Made by a program: the position numbers and the translations under genes | Shown: piece after piece, positions 27,697 to 37,850 of the stretch | Layout of the letters: each line of letters starts with the position of its first letter | Numbering within the stretch: the stretch's first letter is position 1 | NCBI GenBank assembly: GCA_043743715.1 | Contig: JAYTWK010000013.1 | Coordinates: 5,268 to 69,267, forward strand | Direction: 5' to 3' | Origin: a bacterium | Lineage (GTDB): Bacteria; Patescibacteriota; Minisyncoccia; Phycocordibacterales; UBA6899 | Length of the DNA: 64,000 bases | Notes under the pieces: model-generated | The model's input: the letters and a program-made list of their open reading frames with translations, nothing else | What the model was told of the DNA's origin: nothing | Database searches by the model: none

Positions 27697-28685
27697 AGAC
27701 TTGCTCCCGAATAAGAAAAATGAGATAATTGATGAATGAACATCAGCAAACTTGCCAACGACCCACGTGCAATTAAGGCCTTAACCGGGCTCAGTTACCA
27801 AGAATTTACTGATCTGCTTCCTGCATTTGAACGATCTCTTCGAAAAGTTCAAATGAAGAAACCAAATCGGAAAAGAAACCCTGGCGGAGGGCAAAAAGGG
27901 CATCTCCCCACGGTCGAAGCCAAGCTTTTCTTCATCCTCTTCTATTTCAAAACATACCCTACGTTTGATGTGCTTGGTTTTTTGTCAGGAAAAAGTCGAG
28001 GGCGCACATGCGAAGCGGTACACTTTTATGCGCAAGTACTCAACCGCAGTATGGAGCAAAAGCACACGCTCCCGAAGCGCAGAATCGGTGATATCGATGA
28101 GTTTATGCGCTTGTTTCCAGAGGTCAAGGATGTGTTTCTTGATGGGACTGAGCGACGGATACAGCGTCCCAAGAAACCCAAAAACCAACGTAAGCAATAC
28201 TCGGGAAAAAAGAAGACCACCACACGAAAGAATATCGTGATGACGGATGACAAGAAACGTATTCTGTATCTGTCTCCCACCAAAGCGGGAAGGCGACACG
28301 ATAAACGATTGGCAGACAAAGTATCGCTCCTCACGCACATCCCCCCATCGGTCTGCGTGTGGGTGGATACTGGATTTCAGGGTATACAAAAACAACACCG
28401 GAATGTGTGTATGCCGACAAAGGGAACGAAGAAGCAACCACTCACCGTGGCACAGAAAGAAGAAAACAGACTCATCTCAAGTATTCGTGTTTGCGTGGAA
28501 CATGCCATCGGCGGGATGAAACGGTTTCGTGCCGTCTCTGACACCTTTCGCAATAGATTAGGCAAGCTCGATGACCTCTTTATGCAGTTGGCAGCGGGAT
28601 TGTGGAACTATCACTTGAGTTACCAGAGTTAAAAGCACACCTGTGTGTGTTTTTTGACGGGTGGGTCTTATTGGGGAGCGAGTCT
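27697..28685 (+). mobile_element. IS5-family (DDE_Tnp_4/Harbinger-like) insertion sequence, about 989 bp
   Basis: Imperfect terminal inverted repeats agacttgctcccgaataaga (27697-27716) and gtcttattggggagcgagtct (28665-28685), matching in 18 of 20 positions. Encloses a single transposase gene. Confidence 0.7.
27736..28632 (+). CDS. IS5-family transposase (DDE_Tnp_4 type)
   Basis: DDE motifs FLDGTE, VWVDTGFQG and RVCVEHAIGGMKRFR. Basic N-terminal HTH region. Confidence 0.75.
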   Translation: MNISKLANDPRAIKALTGLSYQEFTDLLPAFERSLRKVQMKKPNRKRNPGGGQKGHLPTVEAKLFFILFYFKTYPTFDVLGFLSGKSRGRTCEAVHFYAQVLNRSMEQKHTLPKRRIGDIDEFMRLFPEVKDVFLDGTERRIQRPKKPKNQRKQYSGKKKTTTRKNIVMTDDKKRILYLSPTKAGRRHDKRLADKVSLLTHIPPSVCVWVDTGFQGIQKQHRNVCMPTKGTKKQPLTVAQKEENRLISSIRVCVEHAIGGMKRFRAVSDTFRNRLGKLDDLFMQLAAGLWNYHLSYQS

Positions 28686-28687
28686 GA

Positions 28688-29237
28688 TATATCGTACAAT
28701 TGTCCTGGCGCTCCTCAGTACGCAAGCACATTACAAGCGCTCGTAGAAGGAGAGACGGTCCAGAGCGATGTCTCATGGGGACTCGATCACGGCGCTTGGA
28801 TTGTGCTCATGCGTATGTACCCTGCAGCAGACATTCCGGTTTATCAGCTCAGTCTCGATGTCACCAAGTCGGGAGCAGAACACTATGCACTCGCAAAACA
28901 GCTCGCGCTACTACGCAAGCGCGGTATGCTTATCATCGGAAGCGGCAACCTCGTACACAATCTGCGCATGATAGATTTTGATCCGAATGCGAAAACGTTT
29001 GATTGGGCGGTGGGATTCGACGGGCATGCAAAACTACTGATAGAAAACCACCAGCACGACAAACTCATCGCATATGAAAAATTAGGCGGTGCTGCGCAGC
29101 TCGCTATCCCTACCCCAGACCATTACTGGCCGCTGCTTTATACACTCGCACAACAAACCGACAATGAAAGCGTGTCGTTTCCAATTGAAGGCATCACACA
29201 TGGGAGTATCTCCATGCGCTCATTACTGATTAAGTAA
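28688..29237 (+). pseudogene. ygiD: 5'-truncated ygiD-like extradiol dioxygenase (LigB/DODA family), disrupted by the IS5 element
   Basis: Aligns with the E. coli YgiD C-terminal two thirds (WGLDHGAWIVLMRMYPAADIPVYQLSLD, GSGNLVHNL, DHYWPLLY). The N-terminal roughly 90 aa including the catalytic His are absent. Sequence begins right at the IS right inverted repeat. Confidence 0.65.
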
Positions 29238-29366
29238 TGCAGATTGAGCCGCCCCCGAATCCTCCTCCGGAGAATCCTGGCAACTATTTCGTCTGCCCTG
29301 TGCGCGAATATCTTCTCGCATGACAGCTCTCGATATACAGCCAAGGCAAGTATCCAGAGTTCCTTA

Positions 29367-30077
29367 TTAACGGATGCCCGAATCGAGAGTAAGTGCTACT
29401 GTTGTTGATTTACCCTTCTCGACGATAACCGTTGTCGGCGAAAGTCTCGGCATGACTGATGTTGAAGCGAGCGTGATGATATAGGTACCCGGATCAAGAT
29501 TCAACTTGAAACTGCCGTCGCTTCTTGTGCTCAGTGTCGCGACGAGTTTGCCGCTCTCGGTACGCACATAAAAACTTCCTTGGTAAGGCTTATAAGCACA
29601 TGCTGGATCAGGAGGCATACGCTCTACAGGACAGGTCGGACCGAGCGATGCGGTACCGCTGATGCCCGATGAGCCGGATGTACCGGAGGCCGCAGGAAGA
29701 GGACAAGCGGAGAATTCACACTTCGGTCCCGTGCGCCCGACGTATGATCCGTCAGGACACATTTTTGCTTCCATCGCACACACGACACCACCGTCAGATG
29801 CGGGTGGTGGAGAAGGCACAGTGACATCTTCCGGTGGCTGTGTACTACCGTCCTTCACACCATCTTTCACGCAACTCCCTCCGCGGTCGGCGATTTGCTT
29901 CAGCTCACAATGATAGCCCGACGGACATACCGGTGCATCTTTAATAAAACCACCGCAGTGCATTCCAGTCGCATCAACTCCTGAGGGAGATTGTTCGTAA
30001 GCGGCGCGCACCCCGACGACCAAGATGACTACCGCGCATAGGGATGCAACAATAGCGATGAGAAAATATTTTTTCAT
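29367..30077 (-). CDS. Secreted Cys-rich protein with a C-terminal beta-sandwich-like domain
   Basis: Signal anchor MKKYFLIAIVASLCAVVILVV. Multiple Cys pairs. C-terminal SGKLVATLSTRSDGSFKLNLDPGTYIITL resembles a carboxypeptidase-regulatory or Ig-like fold. Confidence 0.45.
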   Translation of the reverse strand: MKKYFLIAIVASLCAVVILVVGVRAAYEQSPSGVDATGMHCGGFIKDAPVCPSGYHCELKQIADRGGSCVKDGVKDGSTQPPEDVTVPSPPPASDGGVVCAMEAKMCPDGSYVGRTGPKCEFSACPLPAASGTSGSSGISGTASLGPTCPVERMPPDPACAYKPYQGSFYVRTESGKLVATLSTRSDGSFKLNLDPGTYIITLASTSVMPRLSPTTVIVEKGKSTTVALTLDSGIR

Positions 30078-30493
30078 ATATATCATTCTAACACCTAATA
30101 ATGAGCACTGTGACAGTACCTGGGGGGAGAAAAAGCCCTGCACTGCACGACCACCTCAATTTCTCCATCTGCGAAGCGCATGACCGATACTTTCGGTGAT
30201 TGGTCCCGTCGACGGACGGTGACATCCAAGGAGTCAGTAGCGCAGATGTGCGTCGCGCTCCACCCGCTTGCCACTTGCCCAGCGATCGGTAATGATGACA
30301 TGCACACCGCCTGGCCCACACACGCCTATATGAGCGCAGCGTGCGATGCTGCGAGAAGCAAAAGGGGTGTTCCATAATTAAACACCCACACTTCAGGCAA
30401 ACAGAACCGACCCGACGCAATGCACGCCGGGCCGCATTTTGTATAAAAAAAACGCGCGCACAATCATTCGTGCGCGCCCCCTCTTCTGTGGGA

Positions 30494-30871
30494 TCAAGGA
30501 TAGTACGTGTCAATGAGCTCAAATAGTCTTTCTGGCATCGCCGGCTTGCGGAGATATGCGTCGACACCCGCAGCAATTGGCACCCTCGAGTCGGTCTCTC
30601 CGCTTGTCATGATTACCTTGAGACGTGCAAACTCCGGTGTTTTACGGATCCACCGAGTGAGCTCCACGCCGTCAACTCGTGGCATGTTCCAATCGGTGAG
30701 CACGAGATCGATGTCTTCTTCGTTACGCAGGCGCGCGAGTGCGCCCTCTCCATCTTTCTCAACGTAGACGGTGTTGAAGCCGTATGCTTGAAGCAAGATC
30801 TGTAAAACTTCGCGAAGATCCTGGTCATCGTCGACGACCAGGATCTTGATGCTGGTATCCATAATGAGCAC
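30494..30871 (-). CDS. Stand-alone response-regulator receiver (CheY-like) domain protein
   Basis: ILVVDDD, the phospho-acceptor region LVLTDWNMP and KVIMTSG. Confidence 0.8.
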   Translation of the reverse strand: MLIMDTSIKILVVDDDQDLREVLQILLQAYGFNTVYVEKDGEGALARLRNEEDIDLVLTDWNMPRVDGVELTRWIRKTPEFARLKVIMTSGETDSRVPIAAGVDAYLRKPAMPERLFELIDTYYP

Positions 30872-30938
30872 TCCATCTTGTTTATCAGACCATACTCTAC
30901 AAAATATCTTAAAAATGTCAAATCACACGTAGATCTCA

Positions 30939-31757
30939 TTATTCACAATCGAGGAAAAGCGCTGCATGGTCAGATACTTCGTCAGGAAGTACACGAAAAT
31001 CATTTACCGAAAGACCATCAGAGACAAGCGCGTAATCTGCGAACTTCTCTGGCTTCGTATAGTGCGAAGTACGGGTAGAGGTAACTCCATATTCTTTGAT
31101 GAGATTGCGGAGTCCAAACGTCTCGAATAGCTTCATGCTCTCAGTGTCGGGAAGCAGATTGAAATCTCCAAGCATCGCATACGGCATCTCGAGTCCTTTC
31201 ATGAACGCGATGATCTTGCCCGATTGGAGCAGCCTGTCGTCGCTGTCGCCCTTCCCCTTGCCGTTCCATAGACCATGGAAATTGATCACAGTGCGCGGTC
31301 CCTTCGGCGTCTCTACGATGACGAATTGTATGTTGCGCGCATGATTGCCGACATCTCCTTCGGGGATGTGCCCCTTCTCGCGATAGACGAAGAGTTCACC
31401 ATCTTCTATGACCGTAAGTCGTTTGTGTACGAACATAAGCAGTCCATAATTTTCAAGATGATGCGGACGAAAGAATGCTACATGCTCAGGAAGCGCCTCT
31501 CCAATCTCTTGGAGGCCGTAGACCATGATGCCCGAGTGATCGATGGCGAGCCCTCCTGCATTTAATCCTTCAAGGTGTTCATACGGTGCCGACCATATCT
31601 CCTGGAGACAGAAGATATCGGTGTCTTTACTATGTGCCCGAAAGAAGCTGAGCAGCCCCTCTCTCCCCGCACGACCGCCCCAGGTATTAAGTGAGATGAT
31701 ATTCACATTCACATGATATGGGTAATTCACTCTCCTCGCAAATGCTTTCGAGTTCAA
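30939..31757 (-). CDS. Endonuclease/exonuclease/phosphatase (EEP) family protein
   Basis: IISLNTWGG...DIFCLQEI and the C-terminal SDH motif typical of EEP hydrolases. Confidence 0.65.
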   Translation of the reverse strand: MNSKAFARRVNYPYHVNVNIISLNTWGGRAGREGLLSFFRAHSKDTDIFCLQEIWSAPYEHLEGLNAGGLAIDHSGIMVYGLQEIGEALPEHVAFFRPHHLENYGLLMFVHKRLTVIEDGELFVYREKGHIPEGDVGNHARNIQFVIVETPKGPRTVINFHGLWNGKGKGDSDDRLLQSGKIIAFMKGLEMPYAMLGDFNLLPDTESMKLFETFGLRNLIKEYGVTSTRTSHYTKPEKFADYALVSDGLSVNDFRVLPDEVSDHAALFLDCE

Positions 31758-31861
31758 TCCTCTCGATTGTGAGTATCCTCATCCACCACGACGGACTCGT
31801 AACTCTCATTCAGTGGGTGTGCTGATATTCATGCTTGGTCTCGTTTTGATATACTAAGTTT

Positions 31862-32365
31862 ATGAGAATAATAGTTCTACTAGTATTTGTATTTATTATT
31901 TTAGGAATAGTTGTCTTTATAATATCATCTTCCGCTGACAAAGCAGATCGACCAGGAAAAAAGGGAAGCAGATATTTATACCAGCGCAAACAATGGTTTA
32001 TGTCGAAGAACGAACATGATGTGTTTGATGCAATAGTCATTGCTGTTGGGGATAAATATCATGTATTTCCCCAAGTAAAGTTTGACAAGATACTTGATTG
32101 GAAAGGAAACGGAAAAAATTCAATATATGCGATGCGTCATATCAACCAGAAATCTGTAGATTTTCTTTTGTGCGACAAAACATACATAAATCCCAGACTT
32201 GCAATCGAGCTGGATGACACAACCCATGAGCGAGAAGATCGCAAAGAACGAGACGAGATTGTGGAAGGAATTTTAAGCGCTGCAAATTTTCCTCTTTTGC
32301 GCATTCATTATTCTGATACCACAAACTCCTCGACGCTAAAAGAAAAAATTATTGCATCGATATAA
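31862..32365 (+). CDS. DUF2726-like (restriction-endonuclease-fold) protein with an N-terminal TM helix
   Basis: KSVDFLLCDK...PRLAIELDDTTHEREDRKERDE matches the DUF2726 core (DF.L.D....AIE.DG..H). Confidence 0.5.
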   Translation: MRIIVLLVFVFIILGIVVFIISSSADKADRPGKKGSRYLYQRKQWFMSKNEHDVFDAIVIAVGDKYHVFPQVKFDKILDWKGNGKNSIYAMRHINQKSVDFLLCDKTYINPRLAIELDDTTHEREDRKERDEIVEGILSAANFPLLRIHYSDTTNSSTLKEKIIASI

Positions 32366-32393
32366 CAAAAACCACCTCTTCGGGTGGTTTTTG
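32366..32393. terminator. Bidirectional intrinsic terminator
   Basis: aaaaaccacctcttcgggtggtttttg: a GC stem flanked by an A-tract and a T-tract. Confidence 0.7.
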
Positions 32394-32596
32394 AAACTTC
32401 ATAATAAAGTTTGGAGTGAAATCTGAAGGAATAAGAACTTTGGATGCAATCCGACGTACTTTTTGCGCAGTGTCGCCAAGCTGTATGAGCGACCTAAATT
32501 TCACGACCGTAGGGAGATGAAATTGGAAGTACTCATTGTGGTGTGATACTGCTTGGCGTACCGAGCACAAAAAGGACTAGGAGTGCGCCAAAATTG

Positions 32597-33442
32597 TTAT
32601 TTCTTACCGACTTTGCGACGGCTGACGATAAAGACGTTCGAGTACTTCTTCGGTGCTCTAGTCTTCTGACCCTTACCTGAAGGTTTACCCCACTTGGTCT
32701 TGGCGCGACGAAGCCCGCGTCCCATGCGGCCTTCACCACCTCCGTGCGGATGGTCGACGGCGTTCATGGCACTACCACGAACAGTCGGACGAATGCCCTT
32801 CCAGCGGTTGCGTCCAGCCTTACCCTCCTTGCGGAGCTTGTGCTGATCGTTTGAGACTTCGCCTATCGTTGCCCAGCAGTTCTCAGAGACCTTGCGAACT
32901 TCCGATGACGGCATCTTGAGGAATGATTGTCCAAGGTCGTTGGCGATTACTTCGATGAAGTTGCCGGCTGCACGAGCGAGCTTTGCACCTCCCTCGGGCT
33001 GCACCTCGACGTTCGAGACGAAAGTACCGACGGGAATCTTCGCAAGCGGTAAACGGTTAAACTTGGTGAGCGGAGCTGCAGCGCTGACGATAAATGTATC
33101 GCCTGCTTTCATGCCCTTCTGTGCGATCATATAGCGGCGCTCTCCGTCTTTGTAGATGACGAGTGCAACAAATGCGGTGCGTAGCGGGTCGTACTGAACC
33201 GCCTCAACCTTGCCGGGAACATCGCGCTTGTCGAACTTGAAGTCGACCATGCGGAGGGAATTCTTGTTGCCGCCTCCGATGTGACGCATGGTGATGCGTC
33301 CGCGGTTGTTGCGCCCACCGGACTTCGCATGACCCTTGATGAGTCCCTTGATCTTCTTCTTTGCATCACCGGAAAGGAGTTCCTTGTACGGAGTAAGGAC
33401 GGTATTTCTGGTTGATGGAGTGTATGGTTTGAATGTTTTCAT
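32597..33442 (-). CDS. rplB: 50S ribosomal protein L2
   Basis: Conserved uL2 sequence, e.g. RNRWKGIRPTVRGSAMNAVDHPHGGGEG. Confidence 0.95.
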   Translation of the reverse strand: MKTFKPYTPSTRNTVLTPYKELLSGDAKKKIKGLIKGHAKSGGRNNRGRITMRHIGGGNKNSLRMVDFKFDKRDVPGKVEAVQYDPLRTAFVALVIYKDGERRYMIAQKGMKAGDTFIVSAAAPLTKFNRLPLAKIPVGTFVSNVEVQPEGGAKLARAAGNFIEVIANDLGQSFLKMPSSEVRKVSENCWATIGEVSNDQHKLRKEGKAGRNRWKGIRPTVRGSAMNAVDHPHGGGEGRMGRGLRRAKTKWGKPSGKGQKTRAPKKYSNVFIVSRRKVGKK

Positions 33443-33449
33443 GATAGTT

Positions 33450-33535
33450 GCAGTAGGTAGTCTGTAGTTCGTAGTTCGTAGTTACTGCTTTCGCATTTAC
33501 TACGTACTACCATCTACGTACTACGAACTAGTTTT
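33450..33535. repeat. Heptamer-repeat hairpin between rplW and rplB
   Basis: gtagttcgtagttcgtagtt ... tactacgtactac ... ctacgtactacgaactag: tandem GTAGTTC/ACTACGT units that form an extended imperfect inverted repeat. Confidence 0.45.
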
Positions 33536-33998
33536 AGACGAATTCTATTTTATCGCCTTTCTTGAGATATACCATCGCCTTCTTTCCGCCTGCCTTCTTC
33601 ACGACGACGCGATTGGTCTTCGGGCTCTTCGAGTATTTGGTCGGCTCGTTGATGACGGCGACCTTTATCGGGCGAACCTTGAAAAGTTTCTCGACAGCCA
33701 TCATGACGTGCATCTTGTTTGCGCGCTTGTTGATTTCGAACGCATAGACTCCCTTTTCGGAAAGATCACTTGCTTTCTCGGTCACGTGCGGGCGAAGCAG
33801 TATGTATGCGAGGTCGAGTCCCTTGCCTGATTTCTGCCCTGATGCAGTTGATGCAACAGTTGCGACATCGGCACTAGAGTTCTTCTCTGTTTTCTCTGGC
33901 TTTTCTGCCTTCTCTACTTTCTCCGGATTCTTCTCGAGCGTTACGACGGCATCCTTCTTTGCTACTTTCTCTTCGTTCTTTTTCTTGAATATTGCCAT
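33534..33998 (-). CDS. rplW: 50S ribosomal protein L23 with a Lys/Glu-rich N-terminal extension of about 60 aa
   Basis: C-terminal 95 aa match uL23 (ILLRPHVTEKASDLSEKGVYAFEINKRANKMHV...). Confidence 0.85.
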   Translation of the reverse strand: MAIFKKKNEEKVAKKDAVVTLEKNPEKVEKAEKPEKTEKNSSADVATVASTASGQKSGKGLDLAYILLRPHVTEKASDLSEKGVYAFEINKRANKMHVMMAVEKLFKVRPIKVAVINEPTKYSKSPKTNRVVVKKAGGKKAMVYLKKGDKIEFV

Positions 33999-34003
33999 AT
34001 CGA

Positions 34004-34738
34004 TTACGCTTTTGCAGCGCTCTTAGCCTCGAGGGTCTTGACCATCTCTTCTGGTGAGGAGAGCACGAGGTACTTGTAAGAGAGCACATCGACCGGATTG
34101 AGTGACGATACTGTTCCGACGAGTACATTGCCCATGTTCTGAAATGATTTCTTCACATTCGTGTCTGCGGTAGGAAGGATCATGTACATTGCATTGTTCC
34201 TGCGGTTGCCGAGTTTTTCGTATCCACCGATGGTACCGAGTTGCGTGAGCATGCTGCGGGCATCCTTGGTCTTCGGCTCTTTCATCGAAACCCCTGAGAG
34301 GAAAAGAATTTCTCCATCTTTAAATTTCTTTGAGAGCACCGCGTAGAGTGCCTTCACCTTCATCTTGCGATTGATTTTCTGTGAGAAATCACGATCATTG
34401 CGAGGTCCGTGCGTAACACCACCGTGACGCCAAATAGGCGAGCGCGATGATCCGTGACGAGCGCGGCCTGTACCCTTCTGGGCCCATGGCTTGCGTCCTC
34501 CTCCGCGAACTTCTGATCTATCCTTGGTATGCGCGATAGGCTGACGAGCATTCGCCTGCATTGCGACCACGACCTGATGGACAAGGTCTGCGTTCCACAA
34601 CTGTCCGAATACTACTTCGGGAAGTGTAACGCTACCTGACTTCTTGCCTTCTTGTGAATAGACTGTCGCTTCGAGATCGATAGGCTTTCTCTCCTTCACT
34701 GCTTTCACTGTATTGGTCTTCTTCGTTGCTGTAGCCAT
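34004..34738 (-). CDS. rplD: 50S ribosomal protein L4
   Basis: VRGGGRKPWAQKGTGRARHGSSRSPIWRHGGVTHGP. Confidence 0.9.
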   Translation of the reverse strand: MATATKKTNTVKAVKERKPIDLEATVYSQEGKKSGSVTLPEVVFGQLWNADLVHQVVVAMQANARQPIAHTKDRSEVRGGGRKPWAQKGTGRARHGSSRSPIWRHGGVTHGPRNDRDFSQKINRKMKVKALYAVLSKKFKDGEILFLSGVSMKEPKTKDARSMLTQLGTIGGYEKLGNRRNNAMYMILPTADTNVKKSFQNMGNVLVGTVSSLNPVDVLSYKYLVLSSPEEMVKTLEAKSAAKA

Positions 34739-34742
34739 AAGC

Positions 34743-35369
34743 CTATGAATTAGTTGCCTTGATCTCTATTAATGTCCCGCGGCGACCCGGGATAGCTCCC
34801 GACACGAGAAGTAAGTTGTTGGTCACATCGACTGCGAGCACTTTGAGACCCTTGATAGTCACGGTGTCCGAGCCCATACGTCCGGCCATGCGGGTACCCG
34901 GGATCACGCGCTGTGGTCCTGTGGCTCCGATGGATCCTGCTTCGCGCTCTGAGTGCTTCTGTCCGTGCGTACGATCACCGCCGTGGAAACCATGGCGCTT
35001 CACGACTCCCTGGAAACCTTTACCTTTTGAAGTACCTGTCACTGTAATTTCTTCGCCTGCTGCGAATGTCTCGACTGTCACCTTGTCTCCGACTTTGACA
35101 TCAGCTACGACCTTATCCGACTTAGGTCGATACTCACGCATGTAGCGGAAGACACCGAGTTCTTTGAGTGCGCCTTTCTGCGCCTTGTTCACGCGCTTCG
35201 GAAGCTGAGTTCCGAAACCGACCTGAACAGCCTCATAACCATCGCGCTCCATTGTGCGGAGAGCAGTGACGGTGATAGGACCGGCAGAGAGAAGGGTTGC
35301 CGCGGTGCACTTCCCATCGGATGAGAAGTACTGCGTCATTTCCTGCTTTGTTGCTAATAGGAATTTCAT
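34743..35369 (-). CDS. rplC: 50S ribosomal protein L3
   Basis: Conserved uL3 sequence (GTSKGKGFQGVVKRHGFHGG...). Confidence 0.9.
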   Translation of the reverse strand: MKFLLATKQEMTQYFSSDGKCTAATLLSAGPITVTALRTMERDGYEAVQVGFGTQLPKRVNKAQKGALKELGVFRYMREYRPKSDKVVADVKVGDKVTVETFAAGEEITVTGTSKGKGFQGVVKRHGFHGGDRTHGQKHSEREAGSIGATGPQRVIPGTRMAGRMGSDTVTIKGLKVLAVDVTNNLLLVSGAIPGRRGTLIEIKATNS

Positions 35370-35786
35370 ATTTGGTAACTTTCACCGCTGCATAAGGCGC
35401 AATTTTGACGCATTGTATTTCTGTTTTCCTGCGAGGTCGCGGGACAGTAGATGACTACAGCCCCTGCGACACTTCTCGAAAAACAGAAACACACTGCATT
35501 CAAAATTTCATCCTTACGCGAGTGACTTTGATAGCGATTAGGAGTTAACTCTAGGTTCTGAATGAGAGCAATGACGATACTCATGCAGTTAAGCCACTCT
35601 CGATGTTTCGAGAGTGGTCTTTCTGCATTTGGAGTAGAACGAGGAAAAAGTGGATTGAGCACGAACGAAGATGCTGTTATTTTGGATGCAATTCGGGATG
35701 CGACATCCGACTTGGTGTTCGAGAAGACTTACTTTGAGTAAGACTTCCGAACCCAAGCTCGGGGTCGCGCCCGTAGTGCGCCAAAA

Positions 35787-36149
35787 TTACATCATCTTAA
35801 CGTCGATATTGACGCCAGAGGGTAATGTCAGATTGGTCAGTGCCTCGATGATCTTGGGCGTGGGGCTCATGATATCGATAAGGCGTTTATGGATGCGCAT
35901 CTCAAACTGCTCGCGTGCATCCTTATAGATGAAGGTCGAGCGGTTCACGGTGTACTTGGTGATCTGCGTAGGCAGAGGAATGGGTCCAAGTACCTTCGCA
36001 TCGTAACGAAGTGCAGTGTCCATAATCTGGCGGACCGAAGCGTCGAGAATCTTGTATTCGTATGCGCGCACACGGATGCGGAGCTTCGAGACGGCTTCTG
36101 TCTTTGCATTACTTCTGGGCTTTTTCGTTTGTTCCGGTGTCGTTGTCAT
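35787..36149 (-). CDS. rpsJ: 30S ribosomal protein S10
   Basis: [21 protein letters not shown]...GPIPLPT. Confidence 0.9.
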   Translation of the reverse strand: MTTTPEQTKKPRSNAKTEAVSKLRIRVRAYEYKILDASVRQIMDTALRYDAKVLGPIPLPTQITKYTVNRSTFIYKDAREQFEMRIHKRLIDIMSPTPKIIEALTNLTLPSGVNIDVKMM

Positions 36150-36188
36150 ATGCTTTCAAAGAAGAGTAACAATGGGATGGTGTCCCGA

Positions 36189-37388
36189 TTAAACGACAAC
36201 CTTGGTGACGACACCCGCGCCGACTGTTCTGCCTCCTTCACGGATAGCAAAGCGCATTTGTGCTTCGAGTGCGACTGGGGCGATGAGTTTCACCTTAAAG
36301 GTGACGGTGTCCCCTGGCATGACCATTTCGACTCCTTCTTTGAGGGTCACTTCGCCGGTCACATCCGTGGTGCGGATATAGAACTGTGGCTTGTAACCTG
36401 AGAAGAATGGAGTGTGGCGACCTCCTTCCTCCTTGGAAAGAATGTAAACCTCCGACTCGAACTCGGTGTGCGGCAACACTGAACCTGTTGCTGCGAGTAC
36501 CTGACCGCGGGTAATGTCTTCCTTCTTGGTACCGCGCAAGAGGATTCCTGCATTGTCTCCCGCCATACCCTCCTGGAGTGACTTATTGAACATTTCAATA
36601 CCGGTGATGGTGGTCTTTGCAGTCTTGGTGAAGCCGACAATCTCGACTTCCTGACCTACCTTGCAGATACCGCGCTCGATGCGGCCTGTTGCAACCGTAC
36701 CGCGTCCTTCAATTGAGAAGATATCCTCAACCGGCATAAGGAACGGCTTTTCTATATCACGAATTGGCACAGGGATGTAGGTGTCGAGTGCATCTGCGAG
36801 TGCGAGGACTCCCTTAGCATACTCGTCATCGAGGGTCGTCGATTCGAGTGCCTTGAGGCCTGAACCACGGATGACCGGGCAGTCCTTTCCGTCGAATCCC
36901 TGTTTGGTGAGGAGTTCGCGGACTTCCTCTTCGACAAGGTCAACGAGGTCCTTGTCATCAACCATGTCCACCTTATTCAAGAACACGACAATCTTGGGCA
37001 CTCCGACCTGCTTTGCCAGAAGAATGTGCTCACGGGTCTGAGGCATCACACCGTCAGTCGCAGCTACCACGATGATAGCGCCGTCCATCTGAGCGGCACC
37101 GGTAATCATGTTCTTAATATAGTCAGCGTGACCAGGCGCATCGATGTGCGCATAGTGACGATTCTTTGTCTCGTACTCGTTGTGTGAGAGAGCGATGGTG
37201 ATACCGCGCTCACGCTCCTCAGGAGCTGAGTCGATTTCATTGACTCCCTTCATCTTCACATTGTTTCCTGCCATGTGGAGGACGTGTAATATCGCAGCGG
37301 TGAGCGTGGTCTTTCCGTGGTCGACGTGACCGATGGTACCGACGTTCACATGCGGCTTCGAACGATCAAAAACTTGGGCTTCAGCCAT
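36189..37388 (-). CDS. tuf: Elongation factor Tu
   Basis: [22 protein letters not shown] and NKVD motifs. Full-length EF-Tu. Confidence 0.95.
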   Translation of the reverse strand: MAEAQVFDRSKPHVNVGTIGHVDHGKTTLTAAILHVLHMAGNNVKMKGVNEIDSAPEERERGITIALSHNEYETKNRHYAHIDAPGHADYIKNMITGAAQMDGAIIVVAATDGVMPQTREHILLAKQVGVPKIVVFLNKVDMVDDKDLVDLVEEEVRELLTKQGFDGKDCPVIRGSGLKALESTTLDDEYAKGVLALADALDTYIPVPIRDIEKPFLMPVEDIFSIEGRGTVATGRIERGICKVGQEVEIVGFTKTAKTTITGIEMFNKSLQEGMAGDNAGILLRGTKKEDITRGQVLAATGSVLPHTEFESEVYILSKEEGGRHTPFFSGYKPQFYIRTTDVTGEVTLKEGVEMVMPGDTVTFKVKLIAPVALEAQMRFAIREGGRTVGAGVVTKVVV

Positions 37389-37850
37389 ATGTTTGTGATT
37401 ATTGATTAAAAAAACTAATAAACAAGAGGTTATATGAGAAGATCATATAACATTATTCCACGTGCTTCCCCGTTCGTTTCCTCCTGTTTGACCGACACTA
37501 TCCAAGGATAGCTAGTTCAAACAAAAAACGCACAATTGGCGACGTCGAATCAGGATACCAGATATGGCTTAACCGTCAATGTTTTTGGGAGACAACCGAC
37601 CATGGTTACTCACAAGTTGTCCACAGACTTCTCCACAGCAGGTTTTTGATATACTCAGCTATTTTGATTCTTTCCAAAATATCTTGTTTTTAATTGACAG
37701 TATTGATAAATAATTGACGTATAATCCCTCTGTAGAGGGCTATTCTTACCTTTTCAGGACTCTAGCTGCATTATATAATCTTCCTCTTCTCGTCCATTGA
37801 GGCAATCATGTTGTTGGCATGACCATAACGAAATAAAAAATAGAACAAGA

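Noticed and set aside
30088-30576. 162-aa and neighbouring ORFs between the Cys-rich protein gene and the REC gene
   Set aside because: They overlap each other in several frames in a GC-rich spacer with Arg/Cys-rich translations. No support for a real gene.
37690-37740. Apparent TTGACA ... TATAAT promoter on the plus strand upstream of tuf
   Set aside because: Spacing between the hexamers is 20 bp (or 0 bp with the alternative TTGACG), so it is not a canonical sigma70 promoter. It contains a direct repeat TAATTGAC x2 and may be a regulator site, but that is unsupported.
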